DNA of 64,000 bases from an uncultured Eggerthella sp. (GTDB lineage Bacteria; Actinomycetota; Coriobacteriia; Coriobacteriales; Eggerthellaceae), in NCBI GenBank assembly GCA_902464295.1, contig CABQIW010000002.1:17237-81236 (forward strand). Direction: 5' to 3'. The position numbers and the translations under genes were made by a program. Positions 27,882-39,029 of this stretch are shown here, in pieces. Numbering within the stretch: the stretch's first letter is position 1; each line of letters starts with the position of its first letter. The notes beneath the pieces are model-generated. The model did not search any database. It was not told the origin of the DNA and saw nothing but the letters and a program-made list of their open reading frames with translations.

Positions 27882-29660
27882 ATGCCGTATTCGAAGAACC
27901 CCCGTTCGGGAAAATCTTCTCGTAACACTTCGCCTCGCATGCGGCGCAAGGCTCAGATGCCTGCGCCTTCTTCGTATACCACGCATGCTGCGGCTACGTT
28001 CGAGACGAGCCCGCACCGTTTGAGCATCTTGCTCGTGATCGTTCTCGCGATCGCGATCATCGTATTCGGACGTTTGGTTTGGGTGCAGATCGTCGATGCG
28101 CATGCCATCGAGCATGCCAGCGATTCGCAGCGTACCGTTACGGTAGATGTCGAACCGCGTCGTGGAACGATCTACGATCGTAATGGCGTGGTGCTTGCGA
28201 CCACGGTCGATGCGTACAATTTCTTCTGTCATCCACATAAACTGCAAGACTCTGAGCAGATCGATAAGCTTGTAAGTGCACTGGTGCAGGCATGTGGCGG
28301 CAGCGCCTCTGAATACCGTGAGAAGATCGAGCAGGACACCAATTTCGTCTATCTGTTCAAAGGAGCGGATGAAAAGCAGCTCGAAGCGGTAAAGGATCTG
28401 GGGATCGATGGCTTCGACTACGAGAAGACCAATAAGCGCATCTATCCGTGCGGTTCGATCGCTAGCCAGATCATTGGTGTGGTGAACAACGAAGGCGAGC
28501 CCATTTCGGGTCTTGAGCTCTACTACAACGACATCCTTGGCGGAACGCCGGGCAAGAAGACCACCATGTACAGCAAGGAAGGCGTGCCGGTTCCTGGTGC
28601 AACGAAGATCGAAACTGAAGTGGTGAATGGCCAGGATATCGTTATCTCGATCGATGTCGAACTGCAAGAACGCGTTGAAAAAGCGGTGGTCAAACGAACT
28701 GATGAGGTTGACGGCAAAACGGGCTTCGGTGCAGTCATGAATGCTGAGACGGGTGAGATGCTCGCGTGCGCTTCAGCACCCACCTTCGATATCACCGACC
28801 TGTCTTCGGTGAAAGAAGGCGCAACGAACCTTTCCGGCATCTCGCTGCATTATGAGCCAGGTTCGGTATTCAAGCCGATCGCGATGCTCGCTGCGCTCGA
28901 AGAGGGAACGGTGGAGCCAGACAAGAGCTACTTCTGCCCTGCTGTTCTTGAAGTAGGGGATCATAAGATCACCGACTCGCACGAACGCCCTGACAAGGAC
29001 ATGACCGCTACCACCATCATGGCTGATTCGTCGAATATCGGCATGTCCATGATCGCGAAGGAGCTCACCTTCTCGAAGTTCTACGAATACCTACAGAAGT
29101 ATCGGATCGTCGAAGATACCAAGATCGACTACCCCGGTGCGGTGAACGGCTACTTAGCGCCGCGCGACAAGTGGACCGAGGTGCAAGGCTACAACATCAG
29201 TTTCGGTCAGGGTGTTGAAATGAGCCCGATCCAGATCATGCGCTTCTACGGCATGCTCGCCAACAATGGCACGATCGCGCAGCCGCATTTCTTGATCGAT
29301 GTGCCATCTAAGAGCGAGGAACTCGAATATTCTACCGAGAAGATCGTGGATAACGATTCGGCGATCGATAAGCTCGATGGCATGCTCGAGGCGGTCGTCG
29401 AAGATGGTACCGGCACGCAAGCGCAGATCAGGGGCTATCGTGTGGCTGGCAAGACGGGTACGGCGGAGATCGCTAGCCCGAACGGAGGCTATAAGAAAGA
29501 CGCGTACAATATCTCGTTCGTTGGATATCTGCCCGATGCTTCAACGAAACTCGTATGTTTCGTTGGTGCGAACGAAGTGCCCGGCGAACGGAAAACCGTA
29601 CCTGCCTTTCAAGATATAATGGAATTTGCGATCGATCGCTACAACATCACGCAAGACTAG
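27882..29660 (+). CDS. ftsI: Class B penicillin-binding protein (FtsI)
   Basis: RGTIYDRNG, R.YP.G, GLE, YEPGSVFK (SxxK), SSN, KTGT. Confidence 0.93.
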   Translation: MPYSKNPRSGKSSRNTSPRMRRKAQMPAPSSYTTHAAATFETSPHRLSILLVIVLAIAIIVFGRLVWVQIVDAHAIEHASDSQRTVTVDVEPRRGTIYDRNGVVLATTVDAYNFFCHPHKLQDSEQIDKLVSALVQACGGSASEYREKIEQDTNFVYLFKGADEKQLEAVKDLGIDGFDYEKTNKRIYPCGSIASQIIGVVNNEGEPISGLELYYNDILGGTPGKKTTMYSKEGVPVPGATKIETEVVNGQDIVISIDVELQERVEKAVVKRTDEVDGKTGFGAVMNAETGEMLACASAPTFDITDLSSVKEGATNLSGISLHYEPGSVFKPIAMLAALEEGTVEPDKSYFCPAVLEVGDHKITDSHERPDKDMTATTIMADSSNIGMSMIAKELTFSKFYEYLQKYRIVEDTKIDYPGAVNGYLAPRDKWTEVQGYNISFGQGVEMSPIQIMRFYGMLANNGTIAQPHFLIDVPSKSEELEYSTEKIVDNDSAIDKLDGMLEAVVEDGTGTQAQIRGYRVAGKTGTAEIASPNGGYKKDAYNISFVGYLPDASTKLVCFVGANEVPGERKTVPAFQDIMEFAIDRYNITQD

Positions 29661-29667
29661 GACGGCT

Positions 29668-31167
29668 ATGATAGATCGAACCTGCGCAGAACTCTTCGAC
29701 CACACACACGCTACGATCATCGGCGACGCCGATCGACCCGTCTTGGGGGTTGCGTATCGCAGCGATCAGGTAAGACCCGGAGATGCGTTCTGTTGCATCG
29801 TTGGCTTGAAAGCCGACGGGCACGCCTTCGCGCAGGATGCCGTCGATCGTGGTGCAACGGTATTAGTGGTCGAGCGCATGCTCGAAGTGAAGGGGGATAA
29901 CGATGTTACCTTCATCCTCGTTAACGACACGCGCAAGGCAATGGCTCATCTTGCGGCTCACTTCTATCGAATGCCAACTCAAGATCTTTCTCTCGTAGGG
30001 ATCACGGGAACGAACGGTAAGACCACGACCGCCCATCTGGTCGAGCACATCGCTTCGACGCTGGGGAAGACCACCGGCATGATCGGCACAGTGGGGATCG
30101 ATATCGCAGGCAAAGCGCTGCCCGCCGATCACACCACCCCCGAATCGTGCGACTTGCAACATATCTTCGCTGAGATGCGCGATGCAGGATGTGAGGTGGT
30201 GGCCATGGAGGTAAGTTCGCATGCGCTCGATCTTGATCGCGTGTGGGATTCGATCTTTGCGGTCACTGCATTCACTAACCTTACGCAGGATCATCTCGAT
30301 TATCACAAGACATTCGAGGCGTATTTCGCTGCGAAACGTCGGCTCTTCTCTGCAGACTATCCTGCGAAACGCGTTGTCAACATCGATAGCACGTGGGGAG
30401 AGCGACTCGTTGCCGACGTGCTCGAACAGGGCGATGAAGTGATCACGACCGGATTTGCCGAGAACGCCGATATCCATCCGATCGAGATCGCCTATGATGT
30501 TGCGCGCACCCGCATCGTGCTTGGTGTGTGTGGGGAAGCGATCGCCTTCGAGTATCCGCTCGTGGGAAAATTCAATGTGGAGAACGTGATGACCGCCTTT
30601 GGTATCGCGCTCGAACTCGGCTTCGCGCCGCATGATATCGCACGCGCCTTGAGCGATGTGCCGCCGGTGCCAGGACGCATCGAGCACGTGATGCTTGGTC
30701 CAGGCGAAGGCAGCGATCGCGCGCGTAAGATCGCGGTGTACGTCGACTACGCCCACACGCCCGATGCGATCGAGAAAGCGCTCGCGTCGGTCAAGCAGCT
30801 TACGAAGGGCAAGACCATCGTCGTGTTCGGTTGTGGAGGCGATCGCGACGCGACCAAACGTCCGCTCATGGGCAAAGCTGCGCTTGCGGCGGACTTCGCG
30901 GTGGTCACGTCCGATAATCCTCGTACCGAATCACCCGATGCGATCATCGCCGACATCGTTGCTGGCATGCAGGAATGCGGCGAGCGCTTCAGCGTCGAGC
31001 CTGATCGTAAGCGCGCCATCGAGCATGCGCTCTCGCTCGCGCATCCGGGAGATTCCGTGCTCATCGCGGGCAAGGGCCACGAAGACTATCAGATCATCGG
31101 TACGACGAAGCATCCCTTCGACGACCGCAGCGTTGCGCGTCAAGCGCTCAAGGAGCTCGATCAGTAA
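29668..31167 (+). CDS. murE: UDP-MurNAc-tripeptide ligase
   Basis: GITGTNGKTT, TTPES, MEVSSHAL, FTNLTQDHLDYH, VDYAHTPD, GGDRD..KR..MG, DNPR, AGKGHEDYQ. Confidence 0.96.
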   Translation: MIDRTCAELFDHTHATIIGDADRPVLGVAYRSDQVRPGDAFCCIVGLKADGHAFAQDAVDRGATVLVVERMLEVKGDNDVTFILVNDTRKAMAHLAAHFYRMPTQDLSLVGITGTNGKTTTAHLVEHIASTLGKTTGMIGTVGIDIAGKALPADHTTPESCDLQHIFAEMRDAGCEVVAMEVSSHALDLDRVWDSIFAVTAFTNLTQDHLDYHKTFEAYFAAKRRLFSADYPAKRVVNIDSTWGERLVADVLEQGDEVITTGFAENADIHPIEIAYDVARTRIVLGVCGEAIAFEYPLVGKFNVENVMTAFGIALELGFAPHDIARALSDVPPVPGRIEHVMLGPGEGSDRARKIAVYVDYAHTPDAIEKALASVKQLTKGKTIVVFGCGGDRDATKRPLMGKAALAADFAVVTSDNPRTESPDAIIADIVAGMQECGERFSVEPDRKRAIEHALSLAHPGDSVLIAGKGHEDYQIIGTTKHPFDDRSVARQALKELDQ

Positions 31168-31170
31168 ACG

Positions 31171-32622
31171 ATGAGGCTCAATTCCAAACAGATCGCAGAA
31201 TTAACGGGCGCTACCGTGATCGTCGAAGCGCTCGATCCCTCGCAGCTTGCGCTCGGGATCACGTGGGATTCACGCGATGTGGAAGAGGATTTCGTCTATG
31301 TGGCGCTTCCAGGAGCGCGTGTCGATGGGCACGATTTCATCGATGAGGCGCTGCGGAAGGGCGCTCACATCATCCTTTGTATGCAGGGGGTGCCCGAGAG
31401 CACGTGCATCCTCGCACACGAGATGGGTGCTGCGATCCTTGAAGTGAGCTCGACCTTCTCCGCTATCACCGATCTTGCACGTGGATGGCGCGGCTTCATC
31501 AAGGGCACCGTGGTCGCGCTCACCGGTTCGACCGGCAAGACCACCACGAAGAATCTCTTGCGCGATGTTCTTGCGAGCACCTTCAAGGTGGTGGCGACCA
31601 AAGGCAACCAGAACAACGAGCTTGGCGTGCCCAAAACGCTTTTGGATGCGAATCCCGAAACCGATTTCGTAGTCGTTGAGATGGGCATGCGCGGATCGGG
31701 GCAGCTGCGAGAGCTCTGCGATTTCGTGAAGCCTGAGGTCGCGCTCATCACCAATACGGGCGAGTGCCACATCGAGCTTTTAGGCTCGCGTGAGGCGATC
31801 GCAGCGGCGAAAGCTGAAGCGGTCGAAGCGCTGCCTGCAGGAACGGGGCTTGCGGTCCTGAACTATGCAGACGACAACACGCTTTTCATCTGCGAGACTG
31901 CACAAACAGCAAAGCGCAGCATTCGCGTGATCTACTTCGATGGCTCGGGAACCTTCGATGCTCAGACCAATGAGGGCGTGCCTTGCGTATGGGCAAGCGA
32001 CATCGAGCTCGATGGTGCTGGCTGTGCGCATTTTTCGCTCCATTTCCCCGGTGAAGCGAAAGCGCTTGCCTGTGAACTGGGTCTTCGCGGTGTTCATAAT
32101 GTCTCGAATGCGAGTGCGGTGGCAGCGCTCGCTTGGCAGGCAGGGGTTGATCCGGCTCGTATCGCTCACGCACTCAAAGCATCCGCACCCGAAGCGGGGC
32201 GCCAGGAGATCCTGCAGGGCAAGGGTGAGATCACGATCATCAACGATGCCTATAACGCGAACCCCGATTCGATGCGTGCGTCACTGGCCATGTTTTCCGC
32301 GCTTAATGTGAAGCACAAACGCTATGCTGTATTAGGTGATATGGGCGAGCTCGGCAGTTTCGCCGAGGCTTGTCACGAAGCGGTCGGCGCGTTCGCTGCT
32401 ACGCAAAAGCTCGACTACCTCATCTGTGTGGGGGAGTTGGCACGCTCTATCGCTCGTGGTGCGCTCGAGGCGGGTTTTCCCGCTGACCATCTCGTGTCGG
32501 TCGCGACGCGGGGAGAGGCGCTCAACGAATTGGATACCCATCTCGAACCAGGAGATGCCGTGCTGGTCAAAGCGTCTCACTCCATGGAGTTGGAACGCAT
32601 CGTCAGGGGGCTATTAGCATAA
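31171..32622 (+). CDS. murF: UDP-MurNAc-pentapeptide (D-Ala-D-Ala adding) ligase
   Basis: DSR, TGSTGKTTTK, NQNNELGVP, VEMGM, NDAYNANPDSM, LGDMGELG, LVKAS. Confidence 0.96.
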   Translation: MRLNSKQIAELTGATVIVEALDPSQLALGITWDSRDVEEDFVYVALPGARVDGHDFIDEALRKGAHIILCMQGVPESTCILAHEMGAAILEVSSTFSAITDLARGWRGFIKGTVVALTGSTGKTTTKNLLRDVLASTFKVVATKGNQNNELGVPKTLLDANPETDFVVVEMGMRGSGQLRELCDFVKPEVALITNTGECHIELLGSREAIAAAKAEAVEALPAGTGLAVLNYADDNTLFICETAQTAKRSIRVIYFDGSGTFDAQTNEGVPCVWASDIELDGAGCAHFSLHFPGEAKALACELGLRGVHNVSNASAVAALAWQAGVDPARIAHALKASAPEAGRQEILQGKGEITIINDAYNANPDSMRASLAMFSALNVKHKRYAVLGDMGELGSFAEACHEAVGAFAATQKLDYLICVGELARSIARGALEAGFPADHLVSVATRGEALNELDTHLEPGDAVLVKASHSMELERIVRGLLA

Positions 32623-33671
32623 TGCTTGCAGTATATGCACAGTATCCGACCTTCACCGTGTTCCTTGCGGTGTTCTTGGGTGCACTCGTTACGATGGTGC
32701 TTATGCCGTTTTGGATCAGGGGATTGAAGAAGCACCTGATCGGACAACAGGTCCGTGCCGATGGTCCCGAAAGCCATCTGGTGAAGCAGGGAACGCCCAC
32801 CATGGGTGGCGTGGTCATGCTCGTGGCAATGGCGATCACGGTATTTTTGCTTGCAGCTCCGGAGCTCGATACCACCTTCATCATGCTGGCGATCATCCTC
32901 ACTGGTGTGCTCGGGCTTATCGATGACGCTTCAAAGGTAGCGAAGGAGCGTTCGCTCGGTCTCACGCCGAAGGCAAAGCTCATTGGGCAGTTCCTCATCT
33001 CGACCGCGTTCGTGCTCGCGGTGGTCAATTGGCTCGGTGTTCCACCCACCATCGATATTCCCTTCGTTGCCACGCTCGATTTCGGCATCCTCACTACCAC
33101 GCTTCCCTTCGACGTTCCCGCAGGGCAGTTCAGCATCCCGTGGCTCTATCTGATCTTCTGCGACATCCTGCTCATGGGGCTTTCGAATGCGACCAATCTC
33201 ACCGATGGCCTCGACGGTTTGGCTGCGGGCACGGTCATGATGGCGATCCTCGTTATGGCGGCAATCGCATATCGTTTGGGTATGCTCGATGCGGCGCTCG
33301 TGGGTGCGGCTATCGCAGGTTGCTGCATCGGCTTTCTGTGGTTCAACGCCTATCCAGCCGATATCTTCATGGGTGATACGGGTTCGCTCGCGCTCGGCAT
33401 GGCGCTCGGCTGCATTGCCATCGTCACGAAGACCGAGGTCATCTCGCTTATCATCGGCGGGCTCTTTGTGATCGAAGCGCTTTCCGTCATGATCCAGGTG
33501 TTCTACTTCAAGCGCACGAAGAAGCGCTTGTTCCTCATGGCGCCGCTCCACCATCATTTCGAGAAGCGCGGATGGAGCGAAGTGAAGGTGGTCGTGCGTT
33601 TCTGGATCATCTCGGCATGCTTCGCTGCTGTCGGATTCTGTATCTTCTTCGCCCAAACGATGGTAGCCTAG
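32622..33671 (+). CDS. mraY: Phospho-MurNAc-pentapeptide translocase
   Basis: KQGTPTMGG, GLIDD, NATNLTDGLDGLA, FMGDTGSLALG, MAPLHHHFE. Confidence 0.97.
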   Translation: MLAVYAQYPTFTVFLAVFLGALVTMVLMPFWIRGLKKHLIGQQVRADGPESHLVKQGTPTMGGVVMLVAMAITVFLLAAPELDTTFIMLAIILTGVLGLIDDASKVAKERSLGLTPKAKLIGQFLISTAFVLAVVNWLGVPPTIDIPFVATLDFGILTTTLPFDVPAGQFSIPWLYLIFCDILLMGLSNATNLTDGLDGLAAGTVMMAILVMAAIAYRLGMLDAALVGAAIAGCCIGFLWFNAYPADIFMGDTGSLALGMALGCIAIVTKTEVISLIIGGLFVIEALSVMIQVFYFKRTKKRLFLMAPLHHHFEKRGWSEVKVVVRFWIISACFAAVGFCIFFAQTMVA

Positions 33672-33711
33672 AGACAGGCATCATCTGCCCGAGCGAGAGG
33701 AAGGATCGTCC

Positions 33712-35190
33712 ATGAGCGAAAATCCATCGATGTGCGTGAACCGAAAAGCGGCTCCTGAAATACTGGGCAAGGTGATGGTGCTCGGTCTCGGAACGACGGG
33801 CCGGGCGGTGTGCGATTACCTTCTCACCCAGCAAGAGCGCCTTGAGGCGTTTTGCGTATATGCAGGCGCTTCTTCTGAGGACGCGCGCGCGTTCGCAGCA
33901 ACGCTCGAAGCCGCTGGCGCTCAGGTCTTCTTCGACACGATAGAAGTTTCTGGTAGCTTCGATCTTTGCATCGCGAGCCCTGGTATCTCGCAATTCTCCG
34001 ATTTCTACCAGAACGCGGCTGCTCATGCGAAAGAAGTGATCAGCGAAGTTGAATTCGCCTGGCGTGAGAGCGCTGTCGATTCAACCTGGATCACCATTAC
34101 CGGCACGAATGGCAAGACCACTACCACCGCGCTCTGTGCCCATCTTCTGCAAGTTCAAGGTTGGCGCGCGCAGGCAGTGGGCAACATCGGTGACACCTGT
34201 ATCGAAGCGGTGAGCAAGGCCGAGACTGACTATTATGTAGCCGAAGTGTCCTCCTATCAGCTTGCCTCCACCAAAGATCTTGCGCCTGATGTAGCGGTAC
34301 TGCTCAATATCACGCCCGACCATTTGAAATGGCATGGCAGCTTCGAGGAGTACTGCGCGGCAAAACAGCGTATCTATGCGAACCTTGCGAGTAGCGGCGG
34401 AGTGGCAGTGATGGATGCGATGAACGATATCGTGCGCGGCTATGTGCGTCAGCTCAAGAGCATTCCTGCTGAAGAGCGCGGTTTCTCCTACATTCCTATC
34501 GGTACCGCTGAAGGGCTTTTCACCAGCATGGTCGATGCTTGCGGTTCTGAGAATGCTGCCTTCGTGGATGGTGCGGAGCTCGTCGTTGAATTCGATGGAG
34601 CAACGTATCCTCTCATCAAGATGAACGAACTGCAGATTCCTGGTGAGCATAACATCTCTAACGCGCTCGCTGCTGCAGCCGCAGCACTCGTAGTGGGTGT
34701 TGAGATCGATGAGGTGCGTGCGGGCCTGAAGAGCTTCACTGCGCTTGAACATCGCATCGAGGCATGCGGCGTTGTTGGCGGTGTTGAGTGCTATAACGAT
34801 TCCAAAGCGACCAATGTGGATGCGACCCTGAAGGCGCTCGCTGCTTTTGCTCCGCGTAAGCCTATCGTGCTCTTGGGTGGCGATGACAAAGGGACTGACC
34901 TTGCTGAGCTTGTTGAAGTTGCGAGCGCGCATTGCAAGGCGGTCGTCTGCTACGGAGAAGCGGGTCCGCGCTTCTTGGAAGCATTCGCTGCTTCTACGCT
35001 GCCTCATCATGAGGCACCGCACATGGCTGAAGCGTTCGATAGAGCGCTTGCTCTGGCGGAGCCAGGCGATATCATTGCGCTTTCGCCAGCATGCGCATCA
35101 TTTGACGAATTTACCTGCTTCGAACAACGCGGCGAGATATTCAAAGAGCTCGTAGCAGCTCGGGCGCGCGAGCGGGGAGGTTCGGCGTAG
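33712..35190 (+). CDS. murD: UDP-MurNAc-L-Ala--D-Glu ligase
   Basis: SPGI, ITGTNGKTTT, EVSSYQL, NITPDHL.WH, YNDSKATN, LSPACASFD. Confidence 0.96.
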   Translation: MSENPSMCVNRKAAPEILGKVMVLGLGTTGRAVCDYLLTQQERLEAFCVYAGASSEDARAFAATLEAAGAQVFFDTIEVSGSFDLCIASPGISQFSDFYQNAAAHAKEVISEVEFAWRESAVDSTWITITGTNGKTTTTALCAHLLQVQGWRAQAVGNIGDTCIEAVSKAETDYYVAEVSSYQLASTKDLAPDVAVLLNITPDHLKWHGSFEEYCAAKQRIYANLASSGGVAVMDAMNDIVRGYVRQLKSIPAEERGFSYIPIGTAEGLFTSMVDACGSENAAFVDGAELVVEFDGATYPLIKMNELQIPGEHNISNALAAAAAALVVGVEIDEVRAGLKSFTALEHRIEACGVVGGVECYNDSKATNVDATLKALAAFAPRKPIVLLGGDDKGTDLAELVEVASAHCKAVVCYGEAGPRFLEAFAASTLPHHEAPHMAEAFDRALALAEPGDIIALSPACASFDEFTCFEQRGEIFKELVAARARERGGSA

Positions 35191-35193
35191 GTT

Positions 35194-36459
35194 ATGGCAC
35201 GGGCGCAACAAACACACTCTCATCGCACACCTTCGCCCCCTCGTTCTCATTTGCAACGCGCTTCGAAAGAAGTGATGATCCCGCGTTTGATGGTCATCCT
35301 TTCCACGGCTGCTCTGGTGGTGCTTGGCCTGGTGATGGTGTTTTCGGCATCGTCGGTAACGGCATTCGTCGAGCAGGGTGATGCTTATGGCGAGACTATC
35401 AAGCAGATCATCTTCGCGCTCATTGGCGTTGCGATTTGCGTTGGTGTGATCATCGCTTCCAAGGCGTTCGGATTCGAATTCATGACCTCGAAATTCGTTG
35501 TTTATGCCTTCTGGGGGCTTTGCGTTTTAGGTATTCTCGCTACGGCTGCATTGGGCAAAGAAGCGCTCGGTGCAAAACGCTGGCTCTATATCGGACCCGT
35601 TTCCATTCAGGTTGCCGAGTTCATGAAGATCGCGCTCGTGCTCATGAGTGCGCGTATCATGATCGAATTCAACGAAGGCATGGATGCGCTCAAGGTGTTC
35701 GTGCGCTGTGCGATTTTCATCGTGGCACCACTTGCGCTGCTCTTCGTGCTTCAGTCTGATTTGGGCACCACGGTCATCTGCTTGGTGGCCATCTTCGCGA
35801 TCCTTATCCTAGGCGGCGTGCCGGCTCGTTGGATCGTACTGTTGCTCGTGCTCATCGCGGCGCTCGTTGTCGCGGCGATCGCGGCTGCTCCTTACCGTAT
35901 GACACGCTTTCTCACTTTCCTCGATCCGTGGGGGAATGCTGAAGGCGATGGCTATCAGATCGTGCATTCGCTTCAGGCGCTCGCATCAGGCGGGCTCTTC
36001 GGTGTGGGTTTGGGCAATTCCTATGAGAAGCTCCAATACCTCCCTGAAGCAGAGACCGACTTCATCTTCGCGATTATCGGCGAAGAGCTCGGCCTTATCG
36101 GTGCGATGGTGGTGGTCGCGCTCTTCGTGGTGTTTCTTTATGGGGGTTATTGTATTGCGAAGGATGCGTCCACGAATTATGGCATGCTCATCGCTGGTGC
36201 GCTCACGACCATGCTCGTAGCGCAAGCCTTCATCAATATCCTATGTGTGATCGGCTTCTTCCCGATCACAGGCAAACCGTTGCCTTTCATATCATCGGGT
36301 GGTTCGTCGCTTATCAGCTCGCTGTTGATCGTCGGCATCATCCTGTCGGTTTCCTTCACGAGCGAGCCTGCTGAAACGCCTTACCAGGAGCGACGTGAAA
36401 AGCTTCACGTTGTTTCTTCAGTCGATGGCGGGGGATATCAACGCTCGAAGAGGCGATAG
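35194..36459 (+). CDS. ftsW: SEDS peptidoglycan polymerase FtsW
   Basis: GLVMVFSAS, GAKRW, EFMK, QSDLGT, GYQ..S, LPEAETDFIFAIIGEELG, P.TG.PLPFIS.GGSS. Confidence 0.95.
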   Translation: MARAQQTHSHRTPSPPRSHLQRASKEVMIPRLMVILSTAALVVLGLVMVFSASSVTAFVEQGDAYGETIKQIIFALIGVAICVGVIIASKAFGFEFMTSKFVVYAFWGLCVLGILATAALGKEALGAKRWLYIGPVSIQVAEFMKIALVLMSARIMIEFNEGMDALKVFVRCAIFIVAPLALLFVLQSDLGTTVICLVAIFAILILGGVPARWIVLLLVLIAALVVAAIAAAPYRMTRFLTFLDPWGNAEGDGYQIVHSLQALASGGLFGVGLGNSYEKLQYLPEAETDFIFAIIGEELGLIGAMVVVALFVVFLYGGYCIAKDASTNYGMLIAGALTTMLVAQAFINILCVIGFFPITGKPLPFISSGGSSLISSLLIVGIILSVSFTSEPAETPYQERREKLHVVSSVDGGGYQRSKRR

Positions 36460-36471
36460 TAAGGAGCGCAT

Positions 36472-37572
36472 ATGCGTATCGTGCTTTCAGGTGGTGGTAC
36501 CGCCGGTCATATCAATCCTGCGCTCGCGCTTGCTGAGACGCTGGAAGAGCAAGGTCATGAGGTCTTCTATGCGGGCACGCCGCAGGGCGTCGAGGCGCGT
36601 CTGGTGAAAGAAGCGGGATTGCCGTTCAAGGCTTTCGAGGCGAGCGGGTTCGACCGCGCTCATCCGCTCACGTTGCCCAAGGCACTGCGTACCATCCAGA
36701 AGAGCACGAAGCGTGCGAAGGAGTGGTTCGCCGATATCAAACCCGATGTGGTGGTCGCGTTCGGCGGATATGTGTGCATCCCAGTGAGTCGGGCGGCAGA
36801 AGCGCTCGGTATTCCGCTCGTGATCCATGAGCAGAATTCGGTCATGGGTATGGCCAATGCGTATCTTTCGAAGGGGGCTGCTTGTGTTGCGCTCACCTAC
36901 GAAGTTGCGGGCGAGCAGGTGGCGGATAAGAGCAAGATCGTGGTTACGGGAAACCCTGTGCGCAAATCGATCTTCACCTCTACGCGCGAAGAAGGACGTG
37001 CGTATTTGGGCATTCCTGAAGATGCGCTCATGCTGCTCGTATTCGGGGGAAGCTTAGGCGCGCGCCATTTGAACAGTGCTATCGCCTCTCTCAAGGACCG
37101 GCTTCTTGCCCTCGATGATCTCTACATCATGCACGTTACCGGCCCGAAGGAACTGGAGGCGGTCGAAGCTGCGCTCGATCTGAGCGAGGCAGAGCGTGCA
37201 CGTTATCAGGTGCTCGGCTACCAGGATCATATGGGTGAGGCCATGGCGGCCTGCGACATGGTCGTGTCGCGTGCTGGAGCCACTTCGCTGGCAGAGATCT
37301 CTGCGCGCCGTATCCCGGCGTTGCTCGTGCCGTTTCCCTATGCAACGGCCGACCATCAAACTACCAACGCGAAGGCCTATGTCGAGCGCGGTGCGGCCTT
37401 GATGATCGCGGACGCAGACGTAGAATCGGACGAATTCGCTACGCTGGTGTTCGATCTTGTAGACAGCGAAACATTGCGCGATTCCATGCGTGAGGCGGCA
37501 GCGACCTTTGAGACGCAGGACGCAGCCGCGAAGTTAGCAGATGTGGTATTGGCGGCAGCGAAGACGCGCTAA
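36472..37572 (+). CDS. murG: Lipid II GlcNAc transferase
   Basis: GGGTAGHINPA, FGGY, HEQNSV.G.AN, TGNPVR, GGSLGA, SRAGA, HQ..NA. Confidence 0.97.
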   Translation: MRIVLSGGGTAGHINPALALAETLEEQGHEVFYAGTPQGVEARLVKEAGLPFKAFEASGFDRAHPLTLPKALRTIQKSTKRAKEWFADIKPDVVVAFGGYVCIPVSRAAEALGIPLVIHEQNSVMGMANAYLSKGAACVALTYEVAGEQVADKSKIVVTGNPVRKSIFTSTREEGRAYLGIPEDALMLLVFGGSLGARHLNSAIASLKDRLLALDDLYIMHVTGPKELEAVEAALDLSEAERARYQVLGYQDHMGEAMAACDMVVSRAGATSLAEISARRIPALLVPFPYATADHQTTNAKAYVERGAALMIADADVESDEFATLVFDLVDSETLRDSMREAAATFETQDAAAKLADVVLAAAKTR

Positions 37573-37607
37573 TCCTTTACAATGTGGTGCGGATGAGGAG
37601 GCAGTGC

Positions 37608-39029
37608 GTGAGTCATTTCGACAAGAAAAAGATCCATTTCATCGGCATCGGTGGTGTGGGCATGAGCGGCATCGCTCATGTTGCGCAGGAGCAGGGTCAT
37701 AGCGTATCTGGCTCCGATCTGCGCGAAAGTCGCTATACCAATCAACTGAAGGATGCTGGCATCCGCATCTTCATCGGTCAGCGTGCTGAGAACATCCCTG
37801 CTGTCGATCCTGATATCGTGGTAGTTTCCACGGCGATTCGAGAAGATAATCCTGAACTGAAGGCCGCGCGTGAGGCAGGCATCGAGATCTGGCATCGCGC
37901 CAAGATGCTCGCAGCGCTCGGTGTGGGCAAATCCACGCTTGCGGTAGCGGGTACGCATGGCAAGACCACATCCTCTTCCATGCTCGCATCGCTCATCGAT
38001 GGGATCGGACTCGATCCAACGTTTCTGATCGGCGGCATCGTGCGTGCGTACAACTCGAACGCGCATAGTGGCAAGGGTGAATACTACGTGGTCGAAGCCG
38101 ATGAGAGCGATCAGTCGTTCATCCATCTCGACCCGAGCGCAGTGCTCATCACGAATATCGAGGCCGACCATCTCGATCACTACGAAGACCTCGATGAGAT
38201 CTATAAGCTCTTCAGCGATTTCATGATGCTCGTGCCTGAAGATGGCTGTTGTGTGGTTTGCGGTGAAGATGAAGAGTTGGTGCGGGTTGCACGCTCTACT
38301 GGTCGCAAGATCTACACCTATGGATTCGGCGAAGCATTCGACACCACCGTTTCAAATTACCAAACCCATGGCCTGGCTACTTCGTTCGATATTGCCTTGC
38401 CCGATGGTAGTTCATATAGCTGCCAGATCAAGCAGAACCCTGGGCGCCACAATGCGCTCAATGCGGCAGGTGTGCTCACGCTCATGTGGGCGCGCGGATT
38501 CGATATTGCGGCAGCGGTTGAAGCGTTGAAGGATTTTGCGGGCGTGCGTCGTCGTTTCGATCGCGTAGGTGAGGCGGATGGTATCACCATCGTGGACGAT
38601 TATGCGCATCATCCTACCGAGATCGCTGCCACGATCGAGGCGGCCAAATCGCTCGATTTCAATCATGTGCACGTGCTCTTCCAGCCGCATCGCTATTCGC
38701 GTGTGAAGCTCTTCACCGAGGTGCTGCGCGATGAATTCGGACGTGCCTTCGATAAGGCCGATCGCGTCACGTTCATGGATGTGTATTCGGCAGGCGAAGC
38801 ACCGGTCCCTGGTGTTACGGGAGCAACATTCATGCAAGTGGTGCTCGATCATGAGGGCCATCCCGAGCAGACTTCGTTCGTTCCGCATCGCATGAAGGTG
38901 GTGCCAGCGCTGCTCGAAGTGCTCGAGCCGGGCGATCTGATCATCACGATGGGAGCGGGCGATGTGACCGCGATCGGACCTGAGCTGCTCGCTTCTCTCA
39001 AAGAACGTGAATTGGAGGATCGCGACTGA
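37608..39029 (+). CDS. murC: UDP-MurNAc--L-Ala ligase
   Basis: HFIGIGGVGMSGIA, AGTHGKTT, EADESD, DDYAHHPTEI, FQPHRYSR, MGAGD; GTG start after GAGGAGG. Confidence 0.97.
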   Translation: MSHFDKKKIHFIGIGGVGMSGIAHVAQEQGHSVSGSDLRESRYTNQLKDAGIRIFIGQRAENIPAVDPDIVVVSTAIREDNPELKAAREAGIEIWHRAKMLAALGVGKSTLAVAGTHGKTTSSSMLASLIDGIGLDPTFLIGGIVRAYNSNAHSGKGEYYVVEADESDQSFIHLDPSAVLITNIEADHLDHYEDLDEIYKLFSDFMMLVPEDGCCVVCGEDEELVRVARSTGRKIYTYGFGEAFDTTVSNYQTHGLATSFDIALPDGSSYSCQIKQNPGRHNALNAAGVLTLMWARGFDIAAAVEALKDFAGVRRRFDRVGEADGITIVDDYAHHPTEIAATIEAAKSLDFNHVHVLFQPHRYSRVKLFTEVLRDEFGRAFDKADRVTFMDVYSAGEAPVPGVTGATFMQVVLDHEGHPEQTSFVPHRMKVVPALLEVLEPGDLIITMGAGDVTAIGPELLASLKERELEDRD